DNA from: Pseudomonadota bacterium
GTDB taxonomy: Bacteria > Pseudomonadota > Alphaproteobacteria > Rhodobacterales > Rhodobacteraceae
Reading direction: 5' to 3'
Length of the DNA: 36,401 nt
Assembly: GCA_039193505.1 (NCBI GenBank)
Contig: JBCCWM010000001.1
Coordinates: 1-36,401, forward strand
Of this stretch, positions 26,834-36,400 are shown piece after piece. How positions within the stretch are numbered: position 1 is the first letter of the stretch; each line of letters begins with the position of its first letter. Position numbers and translations under genes: made by a program. A model generated the notes under the pieces. It did not search any database and was not told where the DNA came from. It worked only from the letters and a program-made list of their open reading frames with translations.

Positions 26834-27795
26834 ACCCGAACCTCCAGGAGTGGGTTGTGGCACCGAATCCGTCGCGCCATCGCCTCAACCACATCCGGCG
26901 CCCGCTCGCAGGCGGTTGTGGCATGGCCACAGCGGGCCTTGAAGGCGCAGCCCTGGGGCAGGGCCGCCAGGTTCGGTGTCATTCCCGGGATCTGGCGGAG
27001 GCGCTGGCCGCGCTTGTTGGCGGACGGAACCGAGCCGAGGAGGCCCGCCGTATAGGGGTGCTGCGGGCGATCGATCACGTCATCGACCGTGCCCTGCTCG
27101 ACAATGCGGCCCGCATACATCACTGAGATCCGATCGGCGAGGCCCGCCACCACGGCGAGATCGTGGGTGATCCAGATGAGCGCCGTGCCGGAGCCACGGC
27201 AGAGCTTTTGCGCTTCATGTATGATCTGCGCCTGGATCGTGACGTCGAGCGCGGTCGTCGGCTCGTCTGCGATGATGAGATCGGGCTGGTTGAGGAAGGC
27301 GATCGCAATCGCCACCCGCTGGCGCATGCCGCCGGAAAGCTGATGGGGATAGGCGTGGAGCCGCTCCTCCGGCGAGGGGATCCCGACAAGGCCGAGCGCG
27401 TCGCGCGCTTGGATCCGCGCGGCCGCCTTGTCGGTTGTTCCGTGCGCCTCAAGCGCCTCGATCATTTGTGTGTCGATCCGCAGCACAGGGTTCAGCGTCA
27501 TCATCGGGTCTTGGAAGATCATCGCGATCCGGTTGCCGCGGAGATGGCGGAGCCGCTCCTCCGGCGCGCCCACGAGCTCCTCGCCCTTGAAGGCGATCGA
27601 GCCCTCCACGACTTGGCCCGGCGGGTCGATGAGGCCGATGATCGAGAAGCCGGTGATCGACTTGCCCGACCCGCTCTCCCCCACGAGCCCCATGATCTCG
27701 CCGGGTCCAACGCTGAAATCGACGCCGTCGACGGCCTTCACGGTGCCGGCACGGGTCAGAAAGTGGGTCTTTAGTCCCCGAACCTCGAGTGTCAT
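26830..27795 (-). CDS. Peptide ABC transporter ATP-binding protein (DppD/OppD-like)
   Basis: [24 protein letters not shown] and GCAFKARC. Confidence 0.95.
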   Translation of the reverse strand: MTLEVRGLKTHFLTRAGTVKAVDGVDFSVGPGEIMGLVGESGSGKSITGFSIIGLIDPPGQVVEGSIAFKGEELVGAPEERLRHLRGNRIAMIFQDPMMTLNPVLRIDTQMIEALEAHGTTDKAAARIQARDALGLVGIPSPEERLHAYPHQLSGGMRQRVAIAIAFLNQPDLIIADEPTTALDVTIQAQIIHEAQKLCRGSGTALIWITHDLAVVAGLADRISVMYAGRIVEQGTVDDVIDRPQHPYTAGLLGSVPSANKRGQRLRQIPGMTPNLAALPQGCAFKARCGHATTACERAPDVVEAMARRIRCHNPLLEVRV

Positions 27796-28709
27796 CGTTT
27801 GAGCCTCGGGTTCAGCACATCGCGGAGGTGGTCGCCGACGAGGTTGATCGAGACGACCGTGATCAGGAGGGCGAGGCCCGGGAAGAGCGAGATCCAATAG
27901 CGCCCCGAGATGATGTACTGCGCGCCGTTGGCGATCAGAACCCCGAGCGACGGCTCGGTCTGGGGCAGGCCCACGCCGAGGAAGGAGAGTGTTGCCTCAA
28001 GACTGATGGCGCTCGCCGTTTGAACAGTGCCAACGACGATCAGCGGCGCGAGGCAGTTGGGCAGGATGTGGCGAAAGACGATCCGCCCGTGGGAGAGGCC
28101 GAGACAGGTGGCGGCCTCCACATACTCCTTTCGACGCTCGACCAGGGCGGAGGCGCGAACTGTGCGCGCGTAATAGGCCCATTGCGCGACGACGAGCGCG
28201 AGGATGATCTTGTCGATCCCCTTTCCAAGGATCGCGATCAGCATCAACGCGACCAGCGCTGCAGGAAAGGAGAGCTGCAGATCGACGACTCGCATGATGA
28301 AGGTCTCGATCCGACCGCCCGCATAGGCCGCCAGCAGCCCCACTGCCATGCCGATCGCCAGCGCGATGAAGCCAGAAGTGATGCCCACGGAGAGGGAGAT
28401 GCGGAGGCCATAGAGGATCGCCGAATAGAGGTCCCGCCCCGCCCCGTCCGAGCCAAGCCACATCGTGTAGCCCGCAAATGCCGCCTCCCCTGGCGGCAGG
28501 CGTGCGTCGAGCACGTCGACTTCGGCCAGATCGTACGGGTTTTGCGGCGTGATCCATGGCGCGAGGAGGGCGAGCACGACGATGGTGAGGAGAACGACCA
28601 GGGCGCCCGTGGCGAGCCGGCTCTCGAAGAACTCCGCCGCAAAGATGCGGAGGGGGGTCTCCTCGCGCGCTGGTGCCGCTGGCGCAAGCGGGGCAGAGAG
28701 CTCGGTCAT
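27792..28709 (-). CDS. Peptide ABC transporter permease (DppC-like)
   Basis: LGSDGAGRDLYSAILYGLRISL, EYVEAA and LSFLGVG. ATGA-coupled start. Confidence 0.93.
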   Translation of the reverse strand: MTELSAPLAPAAPAREETPLRIFAAEFFESRLATGALVVLLTIVVLALLAPWITPQNPYDLAEVDVLDARLPPGEAAFAGYTMWLGSDGAGRDLYSAILYGLRISLSVGITSGFIALAIGMAVGLLAAYAGGRIETFIMRVVDLQLSFPAALVALMLIAILGKGIDKIILALVVAQWAYYARTVRASALVERRKEYVEAATCLGLSHGRIVFRHILPNCLAPLIVVGTVQTASAISLEATLSFLGVGLPQTEPSLGVLIANGAQYIISGRYWISLFPGLALLITVVSINLVGDHLRDVLNPRLKR

Positions 28710-29263
28710 TCGACAAGCTCCCGAAGCGGCCAGGCGTGGAGCGTGACATCCGGGAAGCGGTCTGCCACACGGTCCGCCAGCGTTGGTCCCATGAGCCAGA
28801 TCGGGAAGACGGCCGCCCCGAGGCGAAAGCGCAAGCCCGCCTCGTAGAAGCCGTGGGTGGAGGGTTCCACCTCGACTTCGAACTGGAGGCGCGGACCGGG
28901 CAGGACCGAGGCGTGGCTCGAGCAGCTTCGGCACCAGGCGGACCGGGTTGCTGCGTCGATGTTCCCGACCGGTAGGATCTCCGCCCGCGTCACGACATGG
29001 GCATCCTCGGCAATCGGGAAGGTATCAAAGGCTGTGTCCGAAGCCTCCATCAGCAACAAGAGCGCCGCGTCGCTGAGGAGGAGCCCAGCGCCCGTGTCGA
29101 AGCCGAGCCCGCTCTCAAGCCCGATCGCGTGGCGGCGAAAGGGCGCGCGCCAAGCCCGTTTTGGCTGCCGGCACTTGCTGCAGAAGAGCTCGTCCGGCGC
29201 CGCCTCGAAATAGTCAAAGCCCGCCACCTCCGGCGCGTCGATGCGGTAGAGAAGCTCGGTCAT
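28706..29263 (-). CDS. Hypothetical 185-aa protein with two CxxC motifs
   Basis: Fills the gap between dppB and dppC exactly, with ATGA overlaps at both ends. Contains CSKC and CRSC. Confidence 0.8.
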   Translation of the reverse strand: MTELLYRIDAPEVAGFDYFEAAPDELFCSKCRQPKRAWRAPFRRHAIGLESGLGFDTGAGLLLSDAALLLLMEASDTAFDTFPIAEDAHVVTRAEILPVGNIDAATRSAWCRSCSSHASVLPGPRLQFEVEVEPSTHGFYEAGLRFRLGAAVFPIWLMGPTLADRVADRFPDVTLHAWPLRELVE

Positions 29264-30237
29264 GCGCCTTGATCCTGGAGCCGGACCCGAGGGTCGAGAA
29301 TTGAGTAGAGGATGTCGACGATCAGATTGATCACGACGAACAGGACCACGATCAACATGAGGTAGGCGACCACAACGGGACGGTCGAGCTGCAGAATGGC
29401 GTCGATCAGCAGCTTGCCCATGCCAGGCCAGGCAAAGATCGTCTCGGTCACGACGGAGAAGGCGATCAGAGCGCCGAACTCCAGTCCCATCACAGTGACG
29501 ACTGGGATCATGATGTTTTTCAGCACATGAAGCCCGATGATCCGCCGGGTCGAGAGCCCCTTGGCCCGTGCGAATTTGACGTAGTCTTGCCCCATCGCCT
29601 CGCGCACGCCCGACCGCGTCAGACGGATCGCGAGCGAGATGTTGGTGAGCGCGAGGTTCAGCGCCGGCATGAAGAGGTGCGACAGCCCGTCGAGAGTGAG
29701 GAGCGATGTCTCGACGCCCATCACGCTGACCGTGTCGCCCCGACCCGTGGAGGGCAGCCATCCGAGCTGCACCGCAAAAAGCATGATCAGCATGAGCCCA
29801 ACCCAGAAGGTCGGCAGCGAGAAGCCGAGGATCGAGCCCGCCATGATCGTCTTGCCGGCCACGCTCTCGGGGTAGAGCCCAGCATAGAGCCCAAGCGGGA
29901 TGCCGATCACGACAGAGAGGAAGAGGGCGGAGAACGCAAGCTCCAACGTCGCGGGCATGTGCTGGAAGATGAGGCGGAGCGCCGGTTCGCCGAAAATGAA
30001 GGAGTTGCCGAGATCGCCTTGGAGCGCATTCGTGACGAAGAGCCAGTATTGCTCCCAGATCGGTCGGTCGAGGCCGAGCCGCGCGATGGTCGCCGCGATC
30101 TCGGCCTGATCCGCGTCGGGTGAGACCAGCATGTACACCGGGTCGCCGACCACGTTGACGCCGAAAAAGACGATCAGCGACATCAGGATGACGACGACCA
30201 GGGCCTGGATCAGCCGGCGAATGATAAAGACAGTCAT
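29260..30237 (-). CDS. Peptide ABC transporter permease (DppB-like)
   Basis: LGLDRPIWEQY, PATLELA, DYVKFARAKGL and TETIFAWPGMG. Confidence 0.95.
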   Translation of the reverse strand: MTVFIIRRLIQALVVVILMSLIVFFGVNVVGDPVYMLVSPDADQAEIAATIARLGLDRPIWEQYWLFVTNALQGDLGNSFIFGEPALRLIFQHMPATLELAFSALFLSVVIGIPLGLYAGLYPESVAGKTIMAGSILGFSLPTFWVGLMLIMLFAVQLGWLPSTGRGDTVSVMGVETSLLTLDGLSHLFMPALNLALTNISLAIRLTRSGVREAMGQDYVKFARAKGLSTRRIIGLHVLKNIMIPVVTVMGLEFGALIAFSVVTETIFAWPGMGKLLIDAILQLDRPVVVAYLMLIVVLFVVINLIVDILYSILDPRVRLQDQGA

Positions 30238-30580
30238 GACCCACGCCCCGTTCGGGAACCCCTCGGGAAACGATGAAAGGATTTCCTCACCATGTCGAGG
30301 CGTTCCTGCCCTCCTGACCGGGGCTTCAGCAGTCTTGGTTTATGCGGGCGCGGGGTCTGTGCGCACAGCTTCCGCGCGGCGCCGTCCAGTGCCGCGCGCG
30401 CTACGGCCCCTTATGCGGGGCAGTCGCTCCGATGATCCGTCACGCAGGTTGGGCGGACACCGTCGCGAGTGTTCGAGTGCAATGGGAGGGCCGGCGCCCC
30501 GCATGACGAGCACCCCGTGCTCTTTCGTGCGGCTCGAGGAGACGTCGGCGCGGAGCCCTGCTCCTCATGTCCGGCTGGGT

Positions 30581-30607
30581 GGCCGCGGGCGGGACGCACC
30601 CGCGGCC
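30581..30607 (-). terminator. Stem-loop just after the SBP stop codon (mRNA stabiliser or attenuator)
   Basis: 9-bp stem GGCCGCGGG/CCCGCGGCC, 8 nt past the stop codon. No U-tract on the transcribed strand. Confidence 0.45.
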
Positions 30608-30615
30608 GTTTTGGG

Positions 30616-32193
30616 TCAGTTTTGCACGACGCCCGTGGCGAGCGTGTACTCATCCGTGCGCGCGACGTAGGACAGGCCTTCCTTCGTCGCCCAGGTGTTC
30701 ACCTGGAAATGCGTCGGGATGATCGCGACATTGGCGATTGCCCTCTCGGTTGCCTCCGCCAACAGCGCCTGGCGACCGGCATCGTCGACAGTCGCAAGAG
30801 CCTCTTCGATGAGCGCGTCGACTTCCGCGTCCGAGTGGCGGCCCCGGTTCGAGGAGCCGAAGCCGCGGTCGGCATCGAAGGTGTGGATGAGCGATTTCAG
30901 GGGCGAGGAGGCCTCGCCCGAGCCAGCCCCCCAACCGACGAGGATGAAGCTGAACTCCGGCTGCCCGTCCTCGCCGCCCCGGGAGGCGCGGGAGAAATAG
31001 ACAGAGCGCGGCATCGTCTCGACGCTCGTGTCGATGCCGATCCGCGCGAGCATTTGGCCGACGGCCTCCGCGATCGCTGCGTCGTTGATGTAGCGGTCGT
31101 TCGGCCCGTGGATGGTCATCGCAAAGCCATCGGCATACCCCGCCTCGGCGAGGAGCGCTTTGGCGCCCTCGGGATCATAGGCCTCAGGCTCGAGGTTTTC
31201 GGAGACGCCGAAGAAACCCTCGGGCAGAAGCTGGCCGGCGGAGATCGCAACGCCCTCCATCACCCGCTCCACAATGGCGTCGCGGTTGATCGCCTTGGAG
31301 ATCGCAAGCCGCACGCGCTGATCCATCAGCGGGTTCGTGATCGGGCTGCCGTCCTTGGCCGTGACAAAGGGGCTGTCCTCCCGGAACTGATCCATGTGGA
31401 GGTAGATCACACGGTTCGACACGCCCTGAGACAGCGCGATGCCGTCCGTGTTCTTCAGCGTCTCGATGTCCGTGGTCGGCACACCTGCGATCATGTCGAC
31501 ATCGCCGGCGAGAAGCGCCGCGACGCGGGACGGGCCGGAGGAGATCGCGCGGAGCGTCACCTCGGTCCAGACCGGCTTCTCGCCCCAGTAGTCCTCGTTG
31601 AGCGCCAGCTCAATGGCCTCGCCGGGCTTGTAGGAGACGAACTTATAGGGTCCGGTGCCGATGGCGGCTGTGCCGGCGTTGTAATCCTCAGTCGAGGCGT
31701 CGCACCCGGATGTGTCCGAGACGATGGGGATCGTCGAGACATCATTGGCCATCAGCGGGTAGGGCGCCTCGGTCTTGAAGTGGATCGTGAAGTCGTCGAT
31801 TTTCACGACTTCCTTGCCCTTGGTGTAGGTGCCGAAGCCCGAGGGCGAGTTCGGAACATCGGGCGCCCGCACGAAGGAGCAGACGACGTCGTCGGCCGTG
31901 AAGGCCGAGCCGTCGTGGAAGGTCACGCCCTCGCGGAGCTTGAACTCCCAGGTGAGGTCGTCAATCGGCGCCCAGCTGAGCGCGAGGCCGGGCGTCAGTT
32001 GCTGCCGCTCATCCTGGAGGATCAGGCGGCCAAAGATGTGGCGCGCCAGCGCGTTGTTCGGCCCGAGATTGTGGAAATGCGGGTCGATCGATGTGGGCTC
32101 GGAGGCGAGGCCAATGGTGAGCGGCTCCGCCGACAGCGGGCCTGCGGCAAGCGCCGCCATCAGCACAACGGCACTGAGCGGACGGGTGGTCAT
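30616..32193 (-). CDS. ABC transporter substrate-binding protein, family 5
   Basis: Signal peptide, SIDPHFHN, LREGVTFHDG, GTGPYKF and HGPNDRYIND. Confidence 0.95.
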   Translation of the reverse strand: MTTRPLSAVVLMAALAAGPLSAEPLTIGLASEPTSIDPHFHNLGPNNALARHIFGRLILQDERQQLTPGLALSWAPIDDLTWEFKLREGVTFHDGSAFTADDVVCSFVRAPDVPNSPSGFGTYTKGKEVVKIDDFTIHFKTEAPYPLMANDVSTIPIVSDTSGCDASTEDYNAGTAAIGTGPYKFVSYKPGEAIELALNEDYWGEKPVWTEVTLRAISSGPSRVAALLAGDVDMIAGVPTTDIETLKNTDGIALSQGVSNRVIYLHMDQFREDSPFVTAKDGSPITNPLMDQRVRLAISKAINRDAIVERVMEGVAISAGQLLPEGFFGVSENLEPEAYDPEGAKALLAEAGYADGFAMTIHGPNDRYINDAAIAEAVGQMLARIGIDTSVETMPRSVYFSRASRGGEDGQPEFSFILVGWGAGSGEASSPLKSLIHTFDADRGFGSSNRGRHSDAEVDALIEEALATVDDAGRQALLAEATERAIANVAIIPTHFQVNTWATKEGLSYVARTDEYTLATGVVQN

Positions 32194-32343
32194 GGGTACT
32201 CTCCCTGGTTTGGCGTGTCCCACGGGGGACTTATGGCGCCACAATAGGAGGAGCTTTCGCCAACGCAAAAGGGTTTCCGTGTGGCTTGGTGACCGACCGC
32301 GCTAGATCTGCCCGCGGAAGCGACAGTCGACCGGGGACCGCAG

Positions 32344-33495
32344 ATGAGCACCGCAGCAAAGATCTTGGCCGAACTGATCCGGTTCGAGACGGTCAGCGAT
32401 CGCACGAACCTGCCCCTGCTCGACTGGGTCGAGGCCTATCTCGCTGAGTGGGGCGTCGCCGGGCGGCGCGTGATGGACGCGAGCGGCGAAAAGGCCAATC
32501 TGATCGTGACGATCGGGCCGGCGGATGTGCCGGGTTACGTGCTGTCGGGTCATGTCGACGTTGTCCCGGTCGAGGGCCAGGACTGGACTGTGCCGCCGTT
32601 CGGCGGCGTGATCCGCGATGGGCGGGTCTGGGGACGCGGTGCGTCGGACATGAAGGGGTTTGTGGCGGTGGTGCTGGCCGCAGTGCCGGACATGGTGGCC
32701 GCGCCGCTCGCGCGTCCGCTGCACATTGTCCTTTCCTATGACGAGGAAATTGGGTGCGTCGGAGTGCGGAGCGCGGTCCGTGAGCTTTCGACCTGGCCCG
32801 TGCGCCCGCTCGGGTGTTTTGTTGGGGAGCCGACGGGAATGGATGTTGTTCTCGGGCACAAGGCCAAAGTGGCGACGCGCGCCGTCGTCACCGGGCGGGC
32901 CGGGCATTCCTCCCGCGCGCCGGAGGCGGTCAATGCGGCGGAGTATGCAGCGCGCCTCGCCGTCTGGATTTCGGATCGAGGGCGCGCGCTTGCGGACAAC
33001 GGCGCACGGGATCCCGCCTACGACATCGGCCACACCACAGCACATGTGGGTGTTCTTGCCGGCGGCGTTCAGCTCAACCTGGTGCCTGAGCGGGCTGTGC
33101 TCGACTTCGAGTTCCGAGCGATCGCGGCGGATGATCCGCACGATCTGACAGCCGAAGCGGTGGCCTTTGCGGAGGGCACATTGGCACCGGCGATGCGCCG
33201 CGTGACGACAGAGGCGGGCATCGCCTTCGAGACACTGTCCGAAGCGCCCGGGCTCGACACCCCGCCGGAGACCGGGATCGTGACCTATGCAAAATCGCTT
33301 GCGGGGCGGAACGGCCACCGCAAAGTCGCCTTTGGCACCGAGGCAGGTCTTTTCGCCGAGGCCGGGATCCCGAGTGTGGTGATCGGGCCGGGGGATATCG
33401 CACGCGCGCACAAGGCCGATGAGTATGTCGAGATCGCGGAGCTTGAGGCTTGCGGTCGGTTTCTCTCGCGGCTGGTGGCGGACAGCCGCGTTTGA
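32344..33495 (+). CDS. argE: Acetylornithine deacetylase-like M20 peptidase
   Basis: LSGHVDVVP, GRGASDMKG, YDEEIGC, GEPT, FGTEAG and AHKADEY. Confidence 0.88.
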   Translation: MSTAAKILAELIRFETVSDRTNLPLLDWVEAYLAEWGVAGRRVMDASGEKANLIVTIGPADVPGYVLSGHVDVVPVEGQDWTVPPFGGVIRDGRVWGRGASDMKGFVAVVLAAVPDMVAAPLARPLHIVLSYDEEIGCVGVRSAVRELSTWPVRPLGCFVGEPTGMDVVLGHKAKVATRAVVTGRAGHSSRAPEAVNAAEYAARLAVWISDRGRALADNGARDPAYDIGHTTAHVGVLAGGVQLNLVPERAVLDFEFRAIAADDPHDLTAEAVAFAEGTLAPAMRRVTTEAGIAFETLSEAPGLDTPPETGIVTYAKSLAGRNGHRKVAFGTEAGLFAEAGIPSVVIGPGDIARAHKADEYVEIAELEACGRFLSRLVADSRV

Positions 33496-33513
33496 GCATG
33501 GAGCGTCTTGGCC

Positions 33514-33575
33514 GCCGGGTCCTTCTGGTCGGCGCTCCCACCCGCCCACCCCGCCGCCGCCCAGAAGGACCCGGC
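33514..33575. repeat. 21-bp inverted repeat (one mismatch) with a C3-tract loop, between convergent genes
   Basis: GCCGGGTCCTTCTGGTCGGCG - CTCCCACCCGCCCACCCCGC - CGCCGCCCAGAAGGACCCGGC. Confidence 0.9.
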
Positions 33576-33616
33576 TGACGACGTGTGCGCATCCAGGGTG
33601 GGAGGTCGGTCTGGCG

Positions 33617-35149
33617 TTAAGGCGAGGGCATGTCCGGCCAGGTGGTGTCCTGATCGAGCGGGAAGCTCGGCCGCGGCAGGCCCTCGAACTCCCATCGCGA
33701 GAGGACCGGGCTGGTGAGCCCTTCTGTGTCCACCTCGATCACGCGATCGGGGGAAAACCAGGGACCGAACCCTTCGCGGAAATGTCCGCGCGACTTCACG
33801 ACCACTGTGTGGGCGGCCCCGACGTCAAGGCCGAGCATTTCGAAAAACACGGGATCCGCGGTCTGGGCCCGATCCGAGATCACGACGACATCGATGCCGC
33901 CGATCCGCAAGGCAGCCGTTGGCCCCAGATCCATCTCGCGCCCTGCGGTGATGCCTCGGCGGCCGACAACCTTGCCATCGCCAAGGGCCAGCACGTCGGC
34001 CGAAGCGGTGAAGGGCGTGTCCCAGCGCTCCCAGCTCTGCGCGCCACGGTCGGCGTTGAAGCGCGCCTCGATCTGCGCGCCGAGCCCTGCACTGTGCGCT
34101 TGTGCGGCCAGGGCCGGATCGAAGAACGACCCGTAAAGCACGCGCTCAGCCCCGGCGGAGTGGAGCGCCGTCAGGAGCTCCGTCGTGCGGCCTGAGCCGC
34201 CACCCCCCGGATTGTCGCCCGCGTCCGAGAAGATCATCGGCGCCCGATCTGACGCAAGGCTTAACGCCACCGCGTCCGCGACCGGCGTGAGGGCGCGCTG
34301 AAACTCCTGTCGGCGCCCCCAGGCGAGCTGGGCGAGCTCGCTCGCCAGCGCCTCCGCCGCTGCCCCGTCGCGCCGCGCGGCGACCACTATGGAGAGCGCG
34401 TTGTGCCGCGTGTCGGAGAAGATGAAGTTCCCAAAGATCGAGACATTCAGGATTTCGCCCGACATCTCCGCCTGGCGGCGCTGGCCGAGGTCGATCATCG
34501 CCCCGTAGGGGCCCGCGGCCGTGAGAAGCGTGAGCGAGGGGGGCGTGATCGGGGTGGTCACGAGGGCGGTCACGGGCCGCGTGCCGCTCGCGAGGATGCG
34601 GCGGAGCGAGAAGGCCGCCTCTTCGCCCCGCTCGATCATGTCGACATGTGGGTTGGTGCGGTACCCGACGATCAGGTCTGTGGCGGACACCATCGCAGGG
34701 GAGATGTTGGCGTGGAGATCGAGGGTCATCACGATCACCGCATCCGGCGCTGCCGCCCGGATCCGCGATGCAAGCGTGCCGTCGGGGTCGTCATCATGCG
34801 TTGCGGTCATCGCGCCGTGATTGACGATCAGAACCGCATCGACGGGCTCCGTCGAGCCGAGCACCACCTCCATCCGGGACAAAGCGTCTTCGAAGACGGT
34901 TTCTTCGACGGGCCCGGCCGGGTGGCTGGCTGCAAAAAAGCAGGGCACAGGCGTCCAAGGACCGGTGGCGTCCATAGCGCCGACAAAGGCGGCGAGCTCC
35001 CGCGAGATGGAGGGCACGGGCGCGCGCGCCGCCTCGAGAAGTGCCGAATCCTCGAGCCACGTCAGCCGCTCGAAATCCGCGCGGGACGCGGGGCGGGCCC
35101 AGCGGTTCGATTCGAGCACCATGCCAAGAAGTGCCACGCGTGGCGCCAT
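33617..35149 (-). CDS. M81 / MlrC-family metallopeptidase
   Basis: LESN, NHGAM, TLDLHANIS, YRTNPHVD, DAGDNPGGG and VVKSRGHF. GGAGG precedes ATG 35149. Confidence 0.92.
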   Translation of the reverse strand: MAPRVALLGMVLESNRWARPASRADFERLTWLEDSALLEAARAPVPSISRELAAFVGAMDATGPWTPVPCFFAASHPAGPVEETVFEDALSRMEVVLGSTEPVDAVLIVNHGAMTATHDDDPDGTLASRIRAAAPDAVIVMTLDLHANISPAMVSATDLIVGYRTNPHVDMIERGEEAAFSLRRILASGTRPVTALVTTPITPPSLTLLTAAGPYGAMIDLGQRRQAEMSGEILNVSIFGNFIFSDTRHNALSIVVAARRDGAAAEALASELAQLAWGRRQEFQRALTPVADAVALSLASDRAPMIFSDAGDNPGGGGSGRTTELLTALHSAGAERVLYGSFFDPALAAQAHSAGLGAQIEARFNADRGAQSWERWDTPFTASADVLALGDGKVVGRRGITAGREMDLGPTAALRIGGIDVVVISDRAQTADPVFFEMLGLDVGAAHTVVVKSRGHFREGFGPWFSPDRVIEVDTEGLTSPVLSRWEFEGLPRPSFPLDQDTTWPDMPSP

Positions 35150-35282
35150 AGAAACCTCCGTCGTCGAACCCTTGCGGATCGCTGCACGCTTGAAAAGCCT
35201 CTCTGTGCGGTGCGGCGGGTCGAAGGGTGGATGTCGACCCTCGGAGGCTATTTCAGGGGCAGATGCGCCAGAGGGGAGAAGC

Positions 35283-36221
35283 ATGGACGATCTGAAGGCG
35301 ATCCGCACGTTCTTGACGGTGGCAGACCTGGCCAGTTTTGCGGCGGCGGCCCGGCAGATGGGGACGACACCTGCAACGGTGACGCGGGCTGTGGCGGGCC
35401 TTGAGGCGGCGCTCGGCGTGCAGCTTCTTCTGCGCACCACGCGGCATGTCTCGCTGACCTCTGCGGGCGATGCGTATGCGCGCCGCGTGAAACCGGTCCT
35501 GGCGGCCTTCGATGCCATCGAGGCGGAGCTTCGCGACAGCCAGGGCCCGCTCCGGGGGCGGATCCGGCTCACCGCGCCCATGTCCTTCGGCGTTCGGGTC
35601 ATGCCGCGGATCCTTGCGGATTTTCGTCGTGCACAGCCTGACGTGGAGGTTGCCGTCGTTCTGACAGACGCCTTTGTCGACATCCTCGAAGCGGATTACG
35701 ACCTCGCCATTCGGATCTCTGGCCCACCGAATGACAAGTCGACGATCTGGCGCAAGCTGTGCCTCGTCGAGCGCGTGCTCGTCGCGGCGCCCGGTGCGGC
35801 AGAGGCGACTGCGACCCACCCCGAGGAGTTGCGGCCCGAACGTCTGTTCGCGCATTCCGCGGCGGCACGCGACGAGGACTGGCGTTTGACCGGTGCTGGG
35901 GGCGAGGCTCGGACATTCCGCGCCGGTGCTCAGCTCAGCGCCAACAACGCGGATCTTCTGGTCCAGCTCCTTGCGGCCGAGGATGGTGCGGCGCTGTTGC
36001 CGCGCTTTGCCGCCGGTCCGGCGCTCGCCGCGGGCGAGTTGGTGGAGGTGCTCCCCGGATGGACCGCGCCGCCCCTGTGGCTGACGCTATATTATCCCCC
36101 CTATGAGCGCCTGCCCTCGATTGTGGCGGCGTTCTCGGAGTTTTTTGAGCGCCACATCACCGAGATCGCGCCGCTCGACACCGTGCTCGACGGGACAGCG
36201 GTCGAGGCGGACAGCCGCTAG
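35283..36221 (+). CDS. LysR-family regulator (CrgA-like)
   Basis: MDDLKAIRTF..SFAAAAR..LLLRTTRHVSLT, GRIRLTAPMSFG and YDLAIR. Confidence 0.93.
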   Translation: MDDLKAIRTFLTVADLASFAAAARQMGTTPATVTRAVAGLEAALGVQLLLRTTRHVSLTSAGDAYARRVKPVLAAFDAIEAELRDSQGPLRGRIRLTAPMSFGVRVMPRILADFRRAQPDVEVAVVLTDAFVDILEADYDLAIRISGPPNDKSTIWRKLCLVERVLVAAPGAAEATATHPEELRPERLFAHSAAARDEDWRLTGAGGEARTFRAGAQLSANNADLLVQLLAAEDGAALLPRFAAGPALAAGELVEVLPGWTAPPLWLTLYYPPYERLPSIVAAFSEFFERHITEIAPLDTVLDGTAVEADSR

Positions 36222-36400
36222 CTGTTCAGTCCCGGCATCTGGTGGATCGGATCGACGATGGGTCGATCTGTCTCTGACGTCCAGATCTTGCAGATGCAGT
36301 CGTAAGGTGTGAGGCCGCTCAGCGTCTTGAGACGACGGGCGAAAGTGTAGGCGTCGAGGACGTCCGCGAGATGGCTGCGGAGCTGAGCGTGGCCGTCGTA
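36218..36400 (-). CDS. IS481-family transposase, C-terminal fragment (possibly degenerate)
   Basis: Translates as YDGHAQLRSHLADVLDAYTFARRLKTLSGLTPYDCICKIWTSETDRPIVDPIHQMPGLNS*, the C-terminus I recall for alphaproteobacterial IS481 transposases. Confidence 0.85.
   Translation of the reverse strand, partial: YDGHAQLRSHLADVLDAYTFARRLKTLSGLTPYDCICKIWTSETDRPIVDPIHQMPGLNS

Noticed and set aside
33617-35149. Microcystin degradation pathway
   Set aside because: MlrC-family peptidases are widespread, and no mlrA, mlrB or mlrD is in the window.
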